Virus genome (UHGV): UHGV-1487493
Length of the DNA stretch: 36,569 nt
Source: a virus
Reading direction: 5' to 3' (one strand)
Shown: positions 32,712 to 36,569 of the stretch, piece after piece
Position numbering within the stretch: position 1 is the first letter of the stretch
How the letters are laid out: the number at the start of each line of letters is the position of its first letter
The notes under the pieces: model-generated
Databases searched by the model: none
What the model saw: the letters and a program-made list of their open reading frames with translations, nothing else
What the model was told of the DNA's origin: nothing
Translations under genes and position numbers: made by a program

Positions 32712-34184
32712 TTACAAAGTAAGTGAACCATCACTCTTAGCAGTTAGTTTAACTACAGTACCAAGTCCAACTTTTCCTATTTTTGGATATGGATCATCCG
32801 TCGTCCATGTACAAGTTGCATATTGATTCCCTGTTTGTCCTGACATCAAGGTCACTCGATTTGGGTAAAGCCCGTTGCCTGGTTCAAGATGCATTTTCAC
32901 TATTTTTTGGCCACTAGGTGGGGCAGTTGAGTTAACGGTAAATGGGATATTCCAGATTGCCCCTATATCTTCACCACCAGTGTTATAAGTAGCCCTGAAT
33001 CCTTCTGGAATTTGTAACAAGACATTATTTTTCGGTTCAACATCAACTTTTGTCACATTCACACGCATATGACATGTAACAACATTTCCAATCCTTATAC
33101 ACGTTACTTCAAGTTGACTTACCACATTTGTATCTGGAGAACCTGATTGTTTATATACAAATTTGTCAAACTGTCCATTATCAACAATCATTTTGTTCCA
33201 AGTTGTCCAAGTAGCAGGACTACCTTGTCTACTCCTAATATACGTTTCGCCTTTATAAATATAAGTTTGATTGATGAATGTATTATCTGCATATACAACT
33301 AAAGCACCATAAACTGCACCCGAATAAGGCCGGTTTGCGCCAGAAGCACCGAAGACGGTGTAAATTCCTTTGTCTAAAATTTCATCCCAGTCCTGCGCCT
33401 TAATCACAGTTTTTTTAGCAACTAATGATCCGTTCTCCATCTCTGTTTTACTTACATAACGAGAATCTGATTCTGTTCGTGTATAAAAGTCTGCTGCTCG
33501 CAATTCTTCTAATGCTGCATTCATAGCATCAGTAACTGTTTTTCCAATTGCTGTAATATTTGTCTCTACAGTTTTTCCTGCCTGATTAATCTTGTTTTCA
33601 CTATCTGTAGCCACCTTTGAAATACGGCCTTCTGCATCACTTACTGTTTTATCAATTTGCGTTTGTAATGTATTCATCTCTGTTTTTATTGTTTCAATTC
33701 GCTTAACAACTGCATCATAATCAGTATCTATTTTTTCTAATGCAGATTGATAAGCTTCATTTAAAGCTTTAACTAATTTGTTGTATTCAGTAATTATAGT
33801 TTTTGCTTCTTCTGCATCAATGTCAGCATTCCCGTACACCGTAATCTCAAAATCATCAGTAGATTCTCTCTTATCATCCTTCATGAAAGAAAAATACGCT
33901 AGTTCATATGAACCAGCCACAGCAAATGCCATATTTGGAAAAGTATAGGTAAATTCACCATTTTTTCCATTTGTTACCTCTATTCCATCTGAATCAAAAA
34001 CTTTTGTTCTTTCTTCATGGGTTACCCCTTCAAAAGTAGCTACCCAGCCAGTCAAATCGAAGGGAGCTCCATCTTTAAATATTTGAACCCTCATTGAAAG
34101 ACTCTCGCCGTCTCCAACTCGACCAAAAACAATTGGTCTTCCGATAGAATTTTTTGAAAGATCAAATCTTAATAAGTCACTCAT
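32712..34184 (-). CDS. Receptor-binding / baseplate upper protein (BppU-like N-terminus, coiled coil, C-terminal head domain)
   Basis: N-terminus MSDLLRFDLSKN..IVFGRVGDGESL.. BppU-like; central coiled-coil; AGGAGG RBS. Confidence 0.65.
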   Translation of the reverse strand: MSDLLRFDLSKNSIGRPIVFGRVGDGESLSMRVQIFKDGAPFDLTGWVATFEGVTHEERTKVFDSDGIEVTNGKNGEFTYTFPNMAFAVAGSYELAYFSFMKDDKRESTDDFEITVYGNADIDAEEAKTIITEYNKLVKALNEAYQSALEKIDTDYDAVVKRIETIKTEMNTLQTQIDKTVSDAEGRISKVATDSENKINQAGKTVETNITAIGKTVTDAMNAALEELRAADFYTRTESDSRYVSKTEMENGSLVAKKTVIKAQDWDEILDKGIYTVFGASGANRPYSGAVYGALVVYADNTFINQTYIYKGETYIRSRQGSPATWTTWNKMIVDNGQFDKFVYKQSGSPDTNVVSQLEVTCIRIGNVVTCHMRVNVTKVDVEPKNNVLLQIPEGFRATYNTGGEDIGAIWNIPFTVNSTAPPSGQKIVKMHLEPGNGLYPNRVTLMSGQTGNQYATCTWTTDDPYPKIGKVGLGTVVKLTAKSDGSLTL

Positions 34185-36301
34185 TTTTTATAATCCTCCT
34201 CTTCTTGTTGGGTTAGCCTAACATCTTCGTAACCTTTTCGATAAGCAATAAGGTTCCAACTAAATTCTAGTAGCGCTGGGTCACTTTTGACTATGAAATA
34301 TTTTTCTTTAGTTTCTTCAACCCAGATGATCCCTTTACTATAAGGAGATAACATTACATGATAATTTTCACTTTCAGTATTCACTGTTTCTAAAAAAATA
34401 GGATCAATATCTATTTTTACTTCACCATCAGAATCTGTAATTGCTTTACCATAGTCAGCAAAATAATATTCTGGCGTTTCGTAGGCATTTAACAGTCGAT
34501 GACCGTATGACAGTGTATCCACAAGAGAGTTTTTGGAACCAGTAACACTAAGATTTCCTGTGACGCTTGTAGAAGTAGCAGATATACTAAGTCTTCCTCC
34601 TGATGATCCTAATACTTTAGTACTATTATTCCCTATGCTAAAACCATTACTACTCACATTTAAAACAGGGCTATTACTAGCAGTAGAAGAATACCCAAAG
34701 CTCCCAGGTGCAAAATTTAAACTATGGCCATTCCCAATAACATAAAAGTTATCTAAGTTTGCCGACCCTGACATATTATTGGTTGCACCAAAAAATGTCA
34801 GAAATGCCTTATTAAGTTTTTTATTAAATATCGTAAAAGAACCTTCGTCAGAAACATCTAATCTTACATTTCCTTCTTTTTGATTAATTAAGGTAGTGTA
34901 AAATTTAAATATTTCTTTTCCATCACTATTTCGCGTCCAAGTTATTGCACCATTGTCCTCTTTTAAAGAAAAGTCTTTTCCGATGGATGTAATAACTGAA
35001 CCTGAAATTGTTACACCTTCAATAGCTATCGCTTTTAAAATTCCAGTATTTATAGCAGAGGCGTTTATTCCGTTAGCAGTTATTGCATTCTCAAAGCTTT
35101 TCCCCCCATCCGTTGAAATTCCGATACCCGCAGAGTTTAATATAACTATTTTATTTGAGTCATTCTTATCAATGGCAAGAATACCTGTCTTGGCATATTT
35201 CACTTCCGTTTGTGAATTGATTAAATCAGAAGTTGCTTGTTGGATTGCTGCTGTTAACCATTCATTTGGAATAGGCTTTATTCCGTTAGATATATCTGAC
35301 CATGATTGAGCGTTACTAGCATCAGCTTGGTTCTTCTTATCAACTAAGTTTAGTGAATTACATGTTATATTATTTTCAATTAAATCCCCAGTAACATTAA
35401 AATTCTCAGTTACTCCAACAATTCTTATTTTTTGTTGAAAACCTAACTGTTCATTAACAGCCATAATGTAATCTCCTGGTTCAGGCAACCCATATTGATA
35501 CCCGACTTTTCTCAAATCTTCTACGGTTAAATTAACAGAGATACTATAAGAAGATTCAACAATTTCCTTTAAATGTTCAAGAAAACTATCTTCTTTAGTA
35601 TAACGTTCGTCAATAATTGGGTCCGCCTCAAGCTTTCCATAAATTTCCGCTAATGGGCTGGTATATTCAACTATTAATCTTCCTTTAGTAACATCATTTG
35701 GGTCTTTGTACGCCCCAAACCCTTTCGCATACGTAACAAAATCACTTATATTGTGCTCTAACCCTAACTCTTGCATATTAAAACCTTTACGAACAATCGT
35801 TGATAAATCACTGCCTATCTTGTCAACGATGTAAAGGTTATTACCAATAATTTGAAACTCAGTGTTAGTACTATTTATAAAGTCATTAAATAACGCTAAT
35901 CTATTTTTCATTCCAAAATTTTCTTTTTCGAATGCTGGTATAGTAGCAGCTAGTGAATAAGTAAAACCACTGTTTTTAAAAATAAAATCTAGATAAGCTT
36001 TTGCAGTATTTGAACCGTTTAAAGTATCATACACGCATGATTTACCCATTCTAAAGAAAAATTCATGTATGGCATCAAATTCAACAGTAATATTATTTCC
36101 ATAATCAGTTGGCATGGCATAAGTTAAATAGTATTTTTCATTTTCAAATTCTACTTGCCAACCTCTGTCTATTCTGTGAAGGACATCATTATTAGTATAT
36201 ATAGTACCGCTAATTGATTTTTCACCATTTAGGCTTCTAACGAAAGATATATCTGCCAATGCAATAAAAGTATTTCCATCTGTATCTATGAATTGAACCA
36301 T
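34181..36301 (-). CDS. Tail-associated protein (Tal / prophage-tail endopeptidase family) with beta-helix-like C-terminal region
   Basis: 706 aa following Dit; N-terminal Tal-like domain; central repeats (..GIGISTDGGKSF..GINASAINTGILKAIAIEGVTISGSVITSIG..). Confidence 0.65.
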   Translation of the reverse strand: MVQFIDTDGNTFIALADISFVRSLNGEKSISGTIYTNNDVLHRIDRGWQVEFENEKYYLTYAMPTDYGNNITVEFDAIHEFFFRMGKSCVYDTLNGSNTAKAYLDFIFKNSGFTYSLAATIPAFEKENFGMKNRLALFNDFINSTNTEFQIIGNNLYIVDKIGSDLSTIVRKGFNMQELGLEHNISDFVTYAKGFGAYKDPNDVTKGRLIVEYTSPLAEIYGKLEADPIIDERYTKEDSFLEHLKEIVESSYSISVNLTVEDLRKVGYQYGLPEPGDYIMAVNEQLGFQQKIRIVGVTENFNVTGDLIENNITCNSLNLVDKKNQADASNAQSWSDISNGIKPIPNEWLTAAIQQATSDLINSQTEVKYAKTGILAIDKNDSNKIVILNSAGIGISTDGGKSFENAITANGINASAINTGILKAIAIEGVTISGSVITSIGKDFSLKEDNGAITWTRNSDGKEIFKFYTTLINQKEGNVRLDVSDEGSFTIFNKKLNKAFLTFFGATNNMSGSANLDNFYVIGNGHSLNFAPGSFGYSSTASNSPVLNVSSNGFSIGNNSTKVLGSSGGRLSISATSTSVTGNLSVTGSKNSLVDTLSYGHRLLNAYETPEYYFADYGKAITDSDGEVKIDIDPIFLETVNTESENYHVMLSPYSKGIIWVEETKEKYFIVKSDPALLEFSWNLIAYRKGYEDVRLTQQEEEDYKK

Positions 36302-36314
36302 CACTACTTACTCC

Positions 36315-36569
36315 TTATCTATATAAGTCAACTTTATTCAATATATTTATTTCTACTTCACCAATGTTAAAAGATGTAGAAAACGGTATAAAACCAACCT
36401 CATTTGGCTTTAAAATAAAATATTCAATATTTGTCTGATCATTAATATTTAAACCATTAAGAGTGAAAGATGTTCCTTCTAACAAAAATTTATCGCCGGA
36501 TAAAATATTTCTTTTACCAACATACTTAAACTCTCGTTCATCAATAGATAATTTAAATTCAGCCCCTAA
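36315..36569 (-). CDS. Distal tail protein (Dit), C-terminal 84 codons; continuation of the ORF at 1..600
   Basis: Frame open from 36569 down to TAA at 36315-36317; joins in frame with 1..600 to give a 284-aa Dit-sized protein; GGAG RBS of Tal follows. Confidence 0.6.
   Translation of the reverse strand, partial: LGAEFKLSIDEREFKYVGKRNILSGDKFLLEGTSFTLNGLNINDQTNIEYFILKPNEVGFIPFSTSFNIGEVEINILNKVDLYR

Larger units (their letters stand above)
1..36569. mobile_element. Complete temperate siphovirus-like phage genome, circularly permuted; the window ends fall inside one gene
   Basis: Contiguous lysogeny, replication, packaging, head, tail and lysis modules with no host housekeeping genes; the ORF at 1..600(-) continues in frame into 36315..36569(-); int-attP-lysis lie next to each other as in an excised or virion form. 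Confidence 0.8.

Noticed and set aside
1-36569. Reading the window as an integrated prophage with host flanks
   Set aside because: No host genes are visible at either end. int-attP sits adjacent to the lysis genes (a configuration that is split in a prophage), and the end-to-start junction reconstitutes an intact Dit ORF.

Overview
The window looks like a complete temperate siphovirus-type phage genome of about 36.6 kb from a low-GC Firmicute host (Lactobacillales-like codon usage and AT richness). The record is circularly permuted: a distal-tail-protein (Dit) gene starts at 600 on the minus strand, runs off position 1, and continues in frame from 36569 down to a stop at 36315. I found no host genes.

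Almost all lytic genes are on the minus strand, in this order: ArpU late regulator, TerS, TerL, portal, Mu-F-like head morphogenesis protein, scaffold, major capsid protein, connector and adaptor proteins, major tail protein, G/T tail chaperones, tape measure, Dit (split across the window ends), Tal, BppU-like receptor-binding protein, two holins, and a GH25+LysM endolysin. The early region, also minus strand, holds Cro, a Rha antirepressor, ERF recombinase, an HNH-domain protein, a replication initiator with internal iterons, MazG, RusA, an orphan DNA methyltransferase, and YopX/DUF1642-type proteins. The plus strand carries the CI-like repressor with its ImmA protease, integrase, attP-adjacent accessory genes, and two small genes embedded antisense in the early operon. 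RNA features are one tRNA with a CAT anticodon and one degenerate tRNA-like element.

The most interesting signal is a candidate virion glycosylation system. A GT-A-type (DxD) glycosyltransferase-like gene is translationally coupled to the major tail protein inside the tail operon, and both the major tail protein and the major capsid protein end in near-identical C-terminal poly-threonine tails (...TTTTTTTQ). Other notable points:
- Capsid and scaffold carry an L27/Prp-type N-terminal cleavage motif (LQLFAA / LQFFAA), and there is no prohead protease gene.
- A small HExxH protein sits in the head module.
- The ArpU-terS non-coding region is about 1.1 kb and contains duplicated roughly 200-bp blocks.
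- Three hairpins share a CGGAAA loop but have different stems.
- An RBS/extended -10 element is duplicated and appears to drive two antisense small genes, one with a Cas2-like sequence pattern.
- The endolysin carries a Sec signal peptide.
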